Positions 50,697 through 59,928 of a stretch of 64,000 nucleotides of DNA are shown piece by piece; within the stretch, counting starts at the first letter, position 1; each line of letters begins with the position of its first letter. Below the pieces are notes generated by a model, which did not search any database, was not told where the DNA came from, and worked only from the letters and a program-made list of their open reading frames with translations. The stretch comes from Candidatus Methanoperedenaceae archaeon (GTDB taxonomy: Archaea > Halobacteriota > Methanosarcinia > Methanosarcinales > Methanoperedenaceae). The stretch covers positions 58,755 to 122,754 of the forward strand of contig CAVWCX010000003.1 of the NCBI GenBank assembly GCA_963753595.1. The letters are read 5' to 3'. A program made the position numbers and the translations under genes.

Positions 50697-51276
50697 GTTC
50701 CTATTTTGGTAAATTTTGCTCTAATTTGCTGATTCATAAAATGAACAGGATCAAATTCTGGTTGTTCCCACAAATCGTATTGTTTGATCTTCTGTATCAT
50801 CAATTGCTTTTGTAAATTTTCTCTTGTATGTCTCAAGCATATTATGCCCATATCCTTATAATATTGCCCACATTAACTCATAAGTCTTGCGCTCTGGTGC
50901 TCAGGTTGTAGAGGTAGTTACCAAGACCCCTTTGAAACAATTGGTAGATTTTTTTTATCTCCTATGTGAGATATGCAACTGAAGAAAGATTTTCGTATTT
51001 GATTCATGTTTTTTATATGTTTGAAAAAAAAAGTCAAATTAGAAAACCGATTTTTTAAGTTAATTGGATTTCTTCATGGAGCACAAAAGTCAACAGACCA
51101 CAGAAATATATACTCATGTGAATAACATGGATATCGGGAAGATACAAGTCCGTTGGATAGCTTCCAGATAAAAAAAGGAGAGAATGATTTAAGATGATAG
51201 TGTTTGACCAGAAGGATGTATATGCAAACATATTACTGAATTGCAAAGGAAATGTGAATAAGTTAAGATATACAAC

Positions 51277-52316
51277 GATATCTGACATCCGCCTGGAGCG
51301 CAGGATAAATGTAAGTCCCTTCTTGAGGGTGAAATATGTTTAGTATTAGTAGTATTATCTTAATCGTTACACCCCGCAGCTCTGCTGCGACTGGGACAAG
51401 GCATGATCAAGTAACCAAAGATGAACACGATGGTCATGAGATACCCCCCAGCTCTGCTGTGTGGAACTTCATTAGTAATATTAGTAGAGGCCTAGTAAAA
51501 AACAAAACTAAAATCACCATAAGCATTGTTACCCTGATGTTTTCAATTGGATTATTATTTTTTACATATGGGCAACCTCCCAGCCCAAGCACGTCGCTTC
51601 TTAAAGACTTCGCCTTGGCAATTCTGATTGGGATGACTGTTCGAACGATTAATTGGGGGCTTTCAGAGGCAAAAGAAGGGCCAGAATTGAGTAATTCCGA
51701 CCTTCTCAAGGAGATAAAGTCAGAAATTGCACCTATACGCTCTTCTTTAGAAAAAACGAATAGAAAAGACCTTCTCGATGCGATAATGAATGCAAAGTAT
51801 AGAGTGTGGATTTCCTCGACGTGGATTCCGGGAACGGAAGAAGTTACTAAGAAAATTCTTAATACGAAGGCTAAAGATATTCATATTATCCTTGCATCTT
51901 TTAAGGAAGAATCCCCGATATTCGCCCGTATAAAAGGTCGCAAATTTGATATTGAAACTGCAAAGGGACAAGTGTATGTGACTGCAAAACCGTTCGTCGA
52001 AAAATGCAAGACAGACTGTATAAGATTTAATTATGGACACCATCCCGGTTGGATTGCGGTCGTCGACTCTGCCATATATTGGGGACCTACACCAGTCGAT
52101 GAGGGTAACTGGGAAAATGACTTTCTGTTCAACAAGCATTTCGATGCAACCGAAGAAGGAATATGGTGGATTGCTCAGTATGAGTTGCTCTGGAAAGAAA
52201 GCCACGATTACAGTGAAGAAAAAAAGTACAACACGAAACTTTGATCGGGACGAATGCAGGCGGCAGATAACAACAGGCTATCTGTTTGCTTCGCAATCTT
52301 GCCCTTTGGGTCGGAT
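51277..52316 (+). mobile_element. Putative integron-type gene cassette remnant
   Basis: GATATCTGACATCCGCCTG upstream (51277-51295) is near-complementary to CAGGCGGCAGATAAC downstream (52257-52271). The two bracket one ORF. Confidence 0.5.
51336..52244 (+). CDS. Hypothetical 2-TM protein with PLD-like/DUF5919-like C-terminal domain, true start uncertain
   Basis: Two TMs, then AKYRVWIS...IHIIL...AVVD-AIYWG...YELLW pattern. Confidence 0.6.
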   Translation: MFSISSIILIVTPRSSAATGTRHDQVTKDEHDGHEIPPSSAVWNFISNISRGLVKNKTKITISIVTLMFSIGLLFFTYGQPPSPSTSLLKDFALAILIGMTVRTINWGLSEAKEGPELSNSDLLKEIKSEIAPIRSSLEKTNRKDLLDAIMNAKYRVWISSTWIPGTEEVTKKILNTKAKDIHIILASFKEESPIFARIKGRKFDIETAKGQVYVTAKPFVEKCKTDCIRFNYGHHPGWIAVVDSAIYWGPTPVDEGNWENDFLFNKHFDATEEGIWWIAQYELLWKESHDYSEEKKYNTKL

Positions 52317-52490
52317 AACTACTCTGTCATTAGTTGTCAGGACAGCGTTTATCCCTCCCTGTGCGGCAATTGAATGTGAACGCAGGGGATGGACTTTTGA
52401 TATTACAGCTACATCAGCGGATTTTACAGATAATGCAGCGCTCAAACGCGACAGGCCGCCTCCAACTATGATAATATCGTGCCGGAACAT
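52278..52490 (-). pseudogene. N-terminal fragment of an SdhA/FrdA-type flavoprotein
   Basis: HDIIIVGGG...SKVHPLRSHSIAAQGGINA, then loss of similarity and a stop. Confidence 0.85.
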
Positions 52491-52531
52491 AATTATAAAA
52501 AGGTCTGCGGGGAGAAATAAATATTGTTTTT

Positions 52532-53575
52532 CTATTTTTTTCCGGCTTTGATCTCCATATACCCCATCTCATCGCCAGAACTTAAAACAACGTTCTTCGA
52601 TCCGCAATTTCCGCATATGCTTGAATTGATCAATCCCTTTCCATTCCCCAAAACATCAAGCTCAACATAAAAATTCACGATCCCATGCTGCATTTTCATG
52701 ATTTTATCAAGCTCTTCTTCATCTTCTTTAGTTTGAGGGCATCTTGAAACCTCAAAATATCTTTCCTTGATGTCAGTACTGTTCTCACAATCTGAACAAA
52801 ACTTCTGCCCGAAACCTTTGCCCGATATATCAATGTTTGATTTTTTTAATTCCGAAAGAGCTATTTCCCTGACCTCAATGGTTCTTGAGCAAATCATTTC
52901 TTCAATTTTCTGCGCTGCCACAAAAGCTTTTCTTGCGTCATCATTGCGTTGTTCAAGAAGACATGCCTCACCGCACATTCGAAGCATTTCTTTTGAAGGG
53001 TTTTTATTTGCCAGTTTGTAAGCATCAAGGCCGGGTGTTACATGTCCGATATTGAAACACGCATTACCGCAGATAACCAGTTCATCTTCAGGCGGGGTCT
53101 TATTAGCTAACCTGTATGCTTCCAGGCCATCTGCGAGCAAGCCGTTTTTGAAACAAATGTTACCGCAAATAATAAGCTCCTCTTCGGGTGGTTTTTCTTT
53201 AATTATCTTGTAGGCTTCAAGAGCAGACGTGATCTTTCCTTTACGGAGGCACTCTTTTCCGATAACAGCGATCTTTTCTCTGGGAAGAGGGACACCGATT
53301 ATCCTTGCAGCATCCACTGCCGAGTAAATTTTTTCATTCTCAAGATATTTAGTAACATATCCTGAAAGTACATCTTTAGAAAGATCTATGCCTGCTGCTT
53401 TTGCTCCGTCAATTGCTTTTTGCATCCATCCATTCTCAAGATATTTCCGGATATATACATTGACTTCTTCTTTTGAAAGCGGTGCACCTGTGATTTTGGA
53501 AGTGTCTATTGCTTCTGCCATCTTTCCTGCATCAAGGCATTTTTTTATGTACGCTGTAACTTTCTCATCGGCCAT
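52532..53575 (-). CDS. Helical-repeat protein with C-terminal CxxC...CxxC Zn finger
   Basis: About 31-aa repeats (L-CG-C---G----LEAY-LA---P) plus CSDC/CGNC. Confidence 0.7.
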   Translation of the reverse strand: MADEKVTAYIKKCLDAGKMAEAIDTSKITGAPLSKEEVNVYIRKYLENGWMQKAIDGAKAAGIDLSKDVLSGYVTKYLENEKIYSAVDAARIIGVPLPREKIAVIGKECLRKGKITSALEAYKIIKEKPPEEELIICGNICFKNGLLADGLEAYRLANKTPPEDELVICGNACFNIGHVTPGLDAYKLANKNPSKEMLRMCGEACLLEQRNDDARKAFVAAQKIEEMICSRTIEVREIALSELKKSNIDISGKGFGQKFCSDCENSTDIKERYFEVSRCPQTKEDEEELDKIMKMQHGIVNFYVELDVLGNGKGLINSSICGNCGSKNVVLSSGDEMGYMEIKAGKK

Positions 53576-53696
53576 TTTCTTTTTTCCATGTGTTTTTTTT
53601 TGAACGTTCAAACAATCTGGCACTAACATGGATATAGCTTACGGGTGGGGTATTTAATGGTTGTTTTATTGAATTCATAGAGGCAGGAATAATTTT

Positions 53697-54746
53697 TTAA
53701 AAGAATTGATCGACCGTTTCCACTGCCCGTACTATGAGTTTTACACTGTTTTCAAGATCATCCATGCTCAATACATTTACAGGAGTATGGATATATCTTG
53801 ATGGTGTACTGATCACGCCTGTTGGTATTCCTTCCCGGGTAAGGTGTATGATAGAAGCATCAGTTTGTCCTCCTGAACCCACCTTTAACTGATATGGAAT
53901 ATTCTCTGATCCTGCCGCATTTTTTAACCACTTCAATACAGGTTCGGATACGATTATTCCTCGTCCTTCGGCATCACTTACTGTAATAACAGGCCCTTTA
54001 CCGATTTCAAGAGCTGAATCTTTTTTTTCTATCCCGGGATGATCTCCGGTGAATGTGACTTCTGACACAAGCGCAACATCGGGATCAAGCCCGAAAGCAG
54101 AGGTACGCCCTCCCTTAAGGCCGACCTCTTCCTGCACGGTAAAAACAGCATGTATAGTGGCTTTTGTATCCTTTATCCGCTTCAGCGCCTCGATCAGTAC
54201 AGCGCAGCCTCCACGGTCATCAAGAGCCTTACCTGTGACAAAGTCATTACATAGTGACTTGAATTCCGTGTCTGATGTGATTGGTGTTCCGGGGAAGACA
54301 CCGGATATTTGCGCATCATCTTTGCTCCTTGCTCCCACATCAATGAACATATCTTCGGCTTTGACTATTTTTTTTGTTTCTTCCTCTTTCATAGCATGCG
54401 GGGGCTTTGATCCTATGACACCATAGATAGGACCATTCACTGTATGCAGTATCATTCTCTGGTTCAGGAGGGTCTGGTCAAACCAGCCGCCTGTTGTTGT
54501 AAAATAGATAAAGCCTTTTTCATCGACATATTTTACCATAAGCCCGATCTCATCCATATGGGCGGCAAGCATCAATCGGGGGGATCCGCCGTTTTTTGTG
54601 GCCAAAAGATTTCCCATTTTATCTGTCCTGATCTCATCAACAAAAGGACGTATCTCCTCTTCAATGATTTTTCGGATATTACCTTCATATCCTGAAACCC
54701 CGTGAGCCTTCGATAACCGTTCCAGAAGATTTTTTATGTCACTCAT
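53697..54746 (-). CDS. M42 family aminopeptidase (TET/FrvX)
   Basis: AAHMDEIG, KALDDR, QEEVGLKG, RYIHTP. Confidence 0.93.
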   Translation of the reverse strand: MSDIKNLLERLSKAHGVSGYEGNIRKIIEEEIRPFVDEIRTDKMGNLLATKNGGSPRLMLAAHMDEIGLMVKYVDEKGFIYFTTTGGWFDQTLLNQRMILHTVNGPIYGVIGSKPPHAMKEEETKKIVKAEDMFIDVGARSKDDAQISGVFPGTPITSDTEFKSLCNDFVTGKALDDRGGCAVLIEALKRIKDTKATIHAVFTVQEEVGLKGGRTSAFGLDPDVALVSEVTFTGDHPGIEKKDSALEIGKGPVITVSDAEGRGIIVSEPVLKWLKNAAGSENIPYQLKVGSGGQTDASIIHLTREGIPTGVISTPSRYIHTPVNVLSMDDLENSVKLIVRAVETVDQFF

Positions 54747-54832
54747 AACTGTCATATTATTATTCGCTGATTTGGGTATTAAACTATTGTCAATAGAAAG
54801 CATTTTAACCACCACGATCAAAGATAAACGCG

Positions 54833-56002
54833 ATGGCAATTGACCCTATCTGCAAAACTACCGTTGATGAAAAAACAGCATTCAAATCAGTTTACAAAAA
54901 CAAAGATTATTATTTTTGCTCCGAGAATTGCAAAAAGAAGTTCGATGAGCTTGACAAAAGCGTGATCCGTGTACGGCGTTCACTAAAAGACAAAGAAAAG
55001 ATATCATTCGGGAAGCTAAGGCGTGAGATCATAGAACCTGGCATCTGTACTCTATGTGGGGCATGCGTGGCAAGCTGCGAAGTGCTGTCAGTGGTCAATG
55101 GAAAGCCAGCACTTAAAGGACCCTGTACCGCATGCGGTGTATGCTACAATCAGTGTCCTCGAACCATCACCACGGAATCAAGCCTCATCGGGAATGTGCG
55201 TGACGTCTTTACGGCTAAATCCTTGCTTTCCGAAGTAAAAGGACAGGACGGCGGGGTTGTGACATCCATGCTCCTTTATGCGCTTGAAGAAGGACTGATA
55301 GATAGTGCGATAGTAACCGTAAAAAGCGATGATGAACCATGGAAACCGGTTCCTATCGTTGCCCAGACAAGAGATGATATTTTACTTTCAAGCGGTTCGA
55401 TCTATATTCATTCACTCACGATGGAATCGTTAATGAGCGCAATAAAAAGGGGTTCCCGTTCAATAGGTTTTGTGGGGCCGTCCTGCAATATAGATGCTGT
55501 TCACAAAATGCAGAACTCACCCTATGGATTGCTGCACATGTTCATGAGGGCGAATATCTTAAAGCTCGGACTATTTTGCATGGATACATTTGACTATCCG
55601 GGTTTGAAAATATTCCTGGAACAGAAAGGGTTTCCCCTGTCTTCCATTAAGGAAATGAAGATCCGGAAGGGAAAATTCATAATCAGATCGGAGTCAGAAG
55701 CCACATTTCCTTTAAGTGAACTTGATTTTCTCCGAAGCGGCTCATGCACCGTATGCACAGACCTGACAGCTGAGAAGTCCGACCTTTCATTCGGAAGCGT
55801 GGGATCAAACGAAGGTTACACTACAGTACTTGCACGAACAGGACTCGGTCTTGAACTCCTGCAGGACGCAGCCGACAGGGGCTACATCAAGGTAGAAACG
55901 CTTGAAAGACAGGGTCTTGACAGGGTTCTTCACCAGGCGAAAGCCAAGAAAGTGCAAATGTACATGATAAAGAAAAGAATTGAAACGGGGAAAGGTTTAT
56001 GA
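54833..56002 (+). CDS. YHS domain fused to ferredoxin plus FrhB/FdhB-family F420-binding protein
   Basis: DPIC...YYFCSENC, two CxxCxxCxxxC motifs, GQDGGVVT, VGPSC, GLFC, CTVC-D. Confidence 0.85.
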   Translation: MAIDPICKTTVDEKTAFKSVYKNKDYYFCSENCKKKFDELDKSVIRVRRSLKDKEKISFGKLRREIIEPGICTLCGACVASCEVLSVVNGKPALKGPCTACGVCYNQCPRTITTESSLIGNVRDVFTAKSLLSEVKGQDGGVVTSMLLYALEEGLIDSAIVTVKSDDEPWKPVPIVAQTRDDILLSSGSIYIHSLTMESLMSAIKRGSRSIGFVGPSCNIDAVHKMQNSPYGLLHMFMRANILKLGLFCMDTFDYPGLKIFLEQKGFPLSSIKEMKIRKGKFIIRSESEATFPLSELDFLRSGSCTVCTDLTAEKSDLSFGSVGSNEGYTTVLARTGLGLELLQDAADRGYIKVETLERQGLDRVLHQAKAKKVQMYMIKKRIETGKGL

Positions 56003-56054
56003 ATAAACGGAAGTATTCTGAAGCCAAACTAAATCATTGGAGGATAATAATTTC

Positions 56055-56234
56055 ATGGGAAAAACAGGTATAACAAAATGGGGCAGAGTCAAAGGACGAA
56101 AAGGGAACATAATAATGGTCCCTGAAGCCGAACTCAGCCACAAACGCCCCGGCCCGATGCAGCGATATACTTCTGACGGCGCAAAGCGCAAGAAGATAGC
56201 CCGCTCACCAAAAGCTATTGTAAAAGGATCATAA
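56055..56234 (+). CDS. Small basic protein (DUF5350-like)
   Basis: MGKTG--W--VKG-KG-I-MVP...PGP-QRYT; GGAGG SD. Confidence 0.7.
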   Translation: MGKTGITKWGRVKGRKGNIIMVPEAELSHKRPGPMQRYTSDGAKRKKIARSPKAIVKGS

Positions 56235-56237
56235 ATA

Positions 56238-56276
56238 CGAACGCAGATATCAATCTGCGTTTATCCGCGTTCGGTT
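56238..56276. repeat. CGCAGAT-type periodic hairpin
   Basis: AACGCAGAT-ATCA-ATCTGCGTT plus a further ATCCGCGTTC subrepeat. Same family as 848-877. Confidence 0.7.
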
Positions 56277-56348
56277 AATATATTACTTGAATAAAAGGAT
56301 TGTATAATAGGCGGATTGCCTTTGCAGTCTGTCGGTTAGGATAAGGAT

Positions 56349-57248
56349 ATGTTATCAGGACCGTTTCAATTCCTTTTCAACGATAATATCAATATATTTT
56401 TTCGGGATTTCGGTACTCCTTTACTGGATAAGTTATTCAAGTTTTTAACCAATGCCGGCAGCGAGCCTGTCTATGTATTTCTTGCATCGCTCATATTCTG
56501 GTGCCTTAACAAAAAAACAGGTATCAGGGCTATGTATGTAATTTTATTTTCAGCATACGCTACACTTCTTGCCAAGAACCTGTTCGGTATGCCACGGCCT
56601 CCTGAATACCTTCACAAAGTCACTGAAAATGATTTTGGATTCCCCAGCGGTCACGCGCAGGTCTCATCCGGATTCTGGGGTTATCTGGGAATCCGAAGTA
56701 AAAGAAACCGGATCATCATAGTCGGAGCTATTGCAGTAATCCTTGTTTCATTGTCGCGTTTATATCTTGGCGTCCATTATCCTGGCGATGTGGCCGGAGG
56801 TATTATTTTTGGCCTCATGGTCGCATTTATTTCATATAAGGGAGAGCCTGGGATCCTGGGAATATTTAATAAACAAAGCCGCAATTCAAAATATCTTATT
56901 GCTTTGTTTCTCCCGTTAATACTTGTTTTAATAGCATCTTTGCAGGGACTTGTGAAAGAACAGATCGAATTGGGGCTTGTAATGGCTTCCGTAGGAGCCG
57001 GTTATTTATTGGAAGAAGAAACAATCAGGTTTTCAGATGTGAGAAATAAGGAACAGAAGGTTAAAAGGGCATTTATTGGCATTTTAATTTTGGGCTCGAT
57101 TTACTTAATTTCAGAGATATTCTCCTTAACATTTCCTATTGTTGCATATATTAAATATGCTGCACTTGGATTTTCGTCGGTGTTTGTTGTCCCGTGGGTA
57201 TTTATGAAGTTGGAAAAGGAGAAACTAACCGCTGATAAACGCAAATGA
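56349..57248 (+). CDS. PAP2 family membrane phosphatase
   Basis: K-----PRP, FPSGHA, SRLYLGVHY--DV. Confidence 0.92.
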   Translation: MLSGPFQFLFNDNINIFFRDFGTPLLDKLFKFLTNAGSEPVYVFLASLIFWCLNKKTGIRAMYVILFSAYATLLAKNLFGMPRPPEYLHKVTENDFGFPSGHAQVSSGFWGYLGIRSKRNRIIIVGAIAVILVSLSRLYLGVHYPGDVAGGIIFGLMVAFISYKGEPGILGIFNKQSRNSKYLIALFLPLILVLIASLQGLVKEQIELGLVMASVGAGYLLEEETIRFSDVRNKEQKVKRAFIGILILGSIYLISEIFSLTFPIVAYIKYAALGFSSVFVVPWVFMKLEKEKLTADKRK

Positions 57249-57268
57249 ATGATCCTGTGGGAAAATCC

Positions 57269-57444
57269 CACCGCAAAGGATGCAAAGAATTGCTGCTATG
57301 CTTTACGCTCTGGTATGTAAAAATTAACAACTAACTTGTACGAACTGAAACGAACTCACGCTACCGGAGTTCGTAACAGTTTGTGTCAGTTCGTTGTTTT
57401 TTTGTTCATTTATGAACCAGAGGGTCATAGCCGACTTTGCGGTG
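57269..57444 (-). mobile_element. ~176-bp MITE/REPIN-like element, copy B (inverted)
   Basis: Perfect 10-bp TIR CACCGCAAAG/CTTTGCGGTG. The reverse complement aligns with 22878-23057. Confidence 0.78.
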
Positions 57445-57482
57445 ACTCATGAAAATCCCATTGTGGATTAGTAAAACCATCA

Positions 57483-58316
57483 TCATATATCAAAAATTGA
57501 CCGCAATATCAGTAAAATATTCCGTTTTCTTTCCCTTATCCTTCGCATTGAATATGGGAACCATTTCTTACCATAAGGAATATAATCAACAACTACAAAA
57601 CCTTTTTTAACAAGCTCATTTTTCAGCTCTTCCCTGACCCCATGAAGCATCTGGAATTCGATCTTCTTTTTATGAGCTTTGTTCGCTTCAATCGCTTCAT
57701 TGACCAGGCGCTCATCATGGGTCGCAACAGCAAAAAACGGGCTCCTGTAGAACAGGAATCCAATGAGTTTTGAAAAATTAATTGTTACATCTGCACGGCT
57801 TGAATATGCGATTTTACTATTTTCTTTATAAGCGCCTTTTACAAGACGTATGATGCCGCCCATCGATGTAATTCTTCGGATATCATTTTCACTTCTTTTG
57901 AGGTTTGACTGGATCGCTATTCCTGCGTTTTTATATTTCTTAAAAACAGTGAGGTAAATATCGATCGTATCCTCTGTATAAGGTGAATTCTCCATATCGA
58001 TCCATACGAAAATATCGTTGGCAGCACTTACGATCGTTTCCACATGGGATAAGCACAGGTTTTTGTCGATCCCGAGTCCAAGCTGCGTGAGTTTTATAGA
58101 AATAGAGGAGTTTAGTTTTGCATCTTTAATAGCCCGCAGGATTTCAAGGTTATCGATCTTGTTTTTCTCTGCTTCGTCTTTATCCCTGACATGCTCGCCA
58201 AGAAAATTGATTATAGAGCCAATGCCTCTATCGTTTGCCTTTTTTGCGCTTATGACAGCGTCGCCTAAGGTTTCACCAGCAATCCATTGGCGTGCAAACC
58301 TGATGAAGAAACTCAT
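57483..58316 (-). CDS. Monofunctional proline dehydrogenase
   Basis: IAGE, SIKLTQLG, IDME, RLVKGAY, ATHD, YIPYG-W--Y-RR-ER. Confidence 0.9.
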   Translation of the reverse strand: MSFFIRFARQWIAGETLGDAVISAKKANDRGIGSIINFLGEHVRDKDEAEKNKIDNLEILRAIKDAKLNSSISIKLTQLGLGIDKNLCLSHVETIVSAANDIFVWIDMENSPYTEDTIDIYLTVFKKYKNAGIAIQSNLKRSENDIRRITSMGGIIRLVKGAYKENSKIAYSSRADVTINFSKLIGFLFYRSPFFAVATHDERLVNEAIEANKAHKKKIEFQMLHGVREELKNELVKKGFVVVDYIPYGKKWFPYSMRRIRERKRNILLILRSIFDI

Positions 58317-58392
58317 AACCCTTATGAAAAATGGGATTTGGTGTACTTAAGGGCTGTGATGGTTTGTTAGACATCAATTTGTGATGGTAAAG

Positions 58393-59097
58393 CTATTTTC
58401 CCCTCACTATCTTCAATTTTGCTCCATCTATCTCATATTCATACCATGAAGTAGGTTTTGATGACAGGCCCACCACTCGTATAAGATTCTTATCACTTTC
58501 CGTCCTGATCTCTATTACGCCGTCAAAAAGTTGTTTTAATGTCGCTATTGCCTGTTCGTCATGCATGCCGCTTTCTACCATATATATTCCCAGGCCCCCG
58601 GTAGATTTTATGCGGCCTGTAAAGACATGGAGGAACCTGAAAACGGTCTGGATATTTGAATACATTAAAATGGTTGAAAGTGAATTTATATGGAGCTGGT
58701 TTTTCGGGATATTTTTATTCGTTATGAATTCTTCGAAGTAATAACTGATCTTCACTCCAATTCCAGTCAGGTCGACCGGACTGCTTGCTATTCTGATATT
58801 CTCATCCTCTTTGATCTTACCACCAAGGGTTTTGCTTACGCAGTCGATTAAACCGATCCGGTCCAAAGGCAAATTCAATTTATTATCTGTGAACCATTCC
58901 AGAATATGAGGGGCTGATTCCCGGGTCGTTACGGTTATCACTGAATTCCCATTTATGGCTGCACCATGATACATGATAAAATTAAGGATCAACTCCTTTC
59001 CACTCATGGGAGGTCCGATCAACATAATATTCGAACCTTTTCTTATGCCCACGATTTCATCATCAAGTTCTTTGATTCCAAGTGTGTAGTCGCTCAT
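58393..59097 (-). CDS. KaiC-like/RAD55 RecA-superfamily ATPase
   Basis: GPPMSGKE, SSPVDLTGIG, NSLSTILMY, LFDGVIE. Confidence 0.85.
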   Translation of the reverse strand: MSDYTLGIKELDDEIVGIRKGSNIMLIGPPMSGKELILNFIMYHGAAINGNSVITVTTRESAPHILEWFTDNKLNLPLDRIGLIDCVSKTLGGKIKEDENIRIASSPVDLTGIGVKISYYFEEFITNKNIPKNQLHINSLSTILMYSNIQTVFRFLHVFTGRIKSTGGLGIYMVESGMHDEQAIATLKQLFDGVIEIRTESDKNLIRVVGLSSKPTSWYEYEIDGAKLKIVRGK

Positions 59098-59106
59098 TTA
59101 TCCCCC

Positions 59107-59928
59107 TCACCTTTTCAACGATTCATAATTCCTTTTGCGTTCAAAGAGATCACAGAAAATCAATACAATACCAATTATGTTATCGCCATCCATCTTGATC
59201 GTTGAACCGATAATATCAACAGGAATTTTATTACCTTCCTTTGTCACCAATATTGTGTCCTCAGCAAGACCATAGAATTTTTCTTCACGGATTGCCTTTG
59301 TTACAGGATCTTCGATCTTTTTGTCAATATCTTCGCTAATAATGTTGAAGATACCTGCCAGTGGTTTCCCTGAAGCCTCATTTTGTTTCCAGCCGGTCAG
59401 GGCCTCAGCGATCGGGTTCATCAGTTTTATTGTTCCTTCCGGGTCCGTGGCGATCACAGCATCACCTATGCTTTCAATCACTGCTGAAAGCCATTGGTTT
59501 TTTTCCCGCAAAATTCTTTCACTTTCTTTTAATAGCTTCTCCATTTTGTTTTTATAGAAAGCAATTTCAAGGTTTATTTGTAATTCCCTGTCTTTAAATG
59601 GTTTTATTATGTATGCATAAGGCTCAGTGATTTTTGCCCGTTCAAGTGTTATCTCATCCGTATATGCAGTGAGATATATTACTGGAATGTCAGTAAAAGA
59701 ATGTATTTTTAATGCGGCTTCAATCCCATCCATTTCGCCATACAAGTTTATATCCATTAAGACTAGGTCGGGATTATTTTCTTTAACCTTCGTGATAGCT
59801 TCTTCTCCTGAAGATACTACAACAGGGACAATATATCCTAAATTTTTTAATCTTCTTTGTATATCCATTCCAACAATTACTTCATCTTCAACAACCAGTA
59901 TCTGTTTTTCTTCCGACATTTTATTCAC
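59107..59928 (-). CDS. Response regulator (REC plus PAS)
   Basis: VVEDE, LVLMDI, YLTA, IKP, followed by a PAS domain. Confidence 0.92.
   Translation of the reverse strand: MNKMSEEKQILVVEDEVIVGMDIQRRLKNLGYIVPVVVSSGEEAITKVKENNPDLVLMDINLYGEMDGIEAALKIHSFTDIPVIYLTAYTDEITLERAKITEPYAYIIKPFKDRELQINLEIAFYKNKMEKLLKESERILREKNQWLSAVIESIGDAVIATDPEGTIKLMNPIAEALTGWKQNEASGKPLAGIFNIISEDIDKKIEDPVTKAIREEKFYGLAEDTILVTKEGNKIPVDIIGSTIKMDGDNIIGIVLIFCDLFERKRNYESLKR

Noticed and set aside
50697-51270. Coding remnants upstream of the thiolase
   Set aside because: Only short ORFs, none recognisable.
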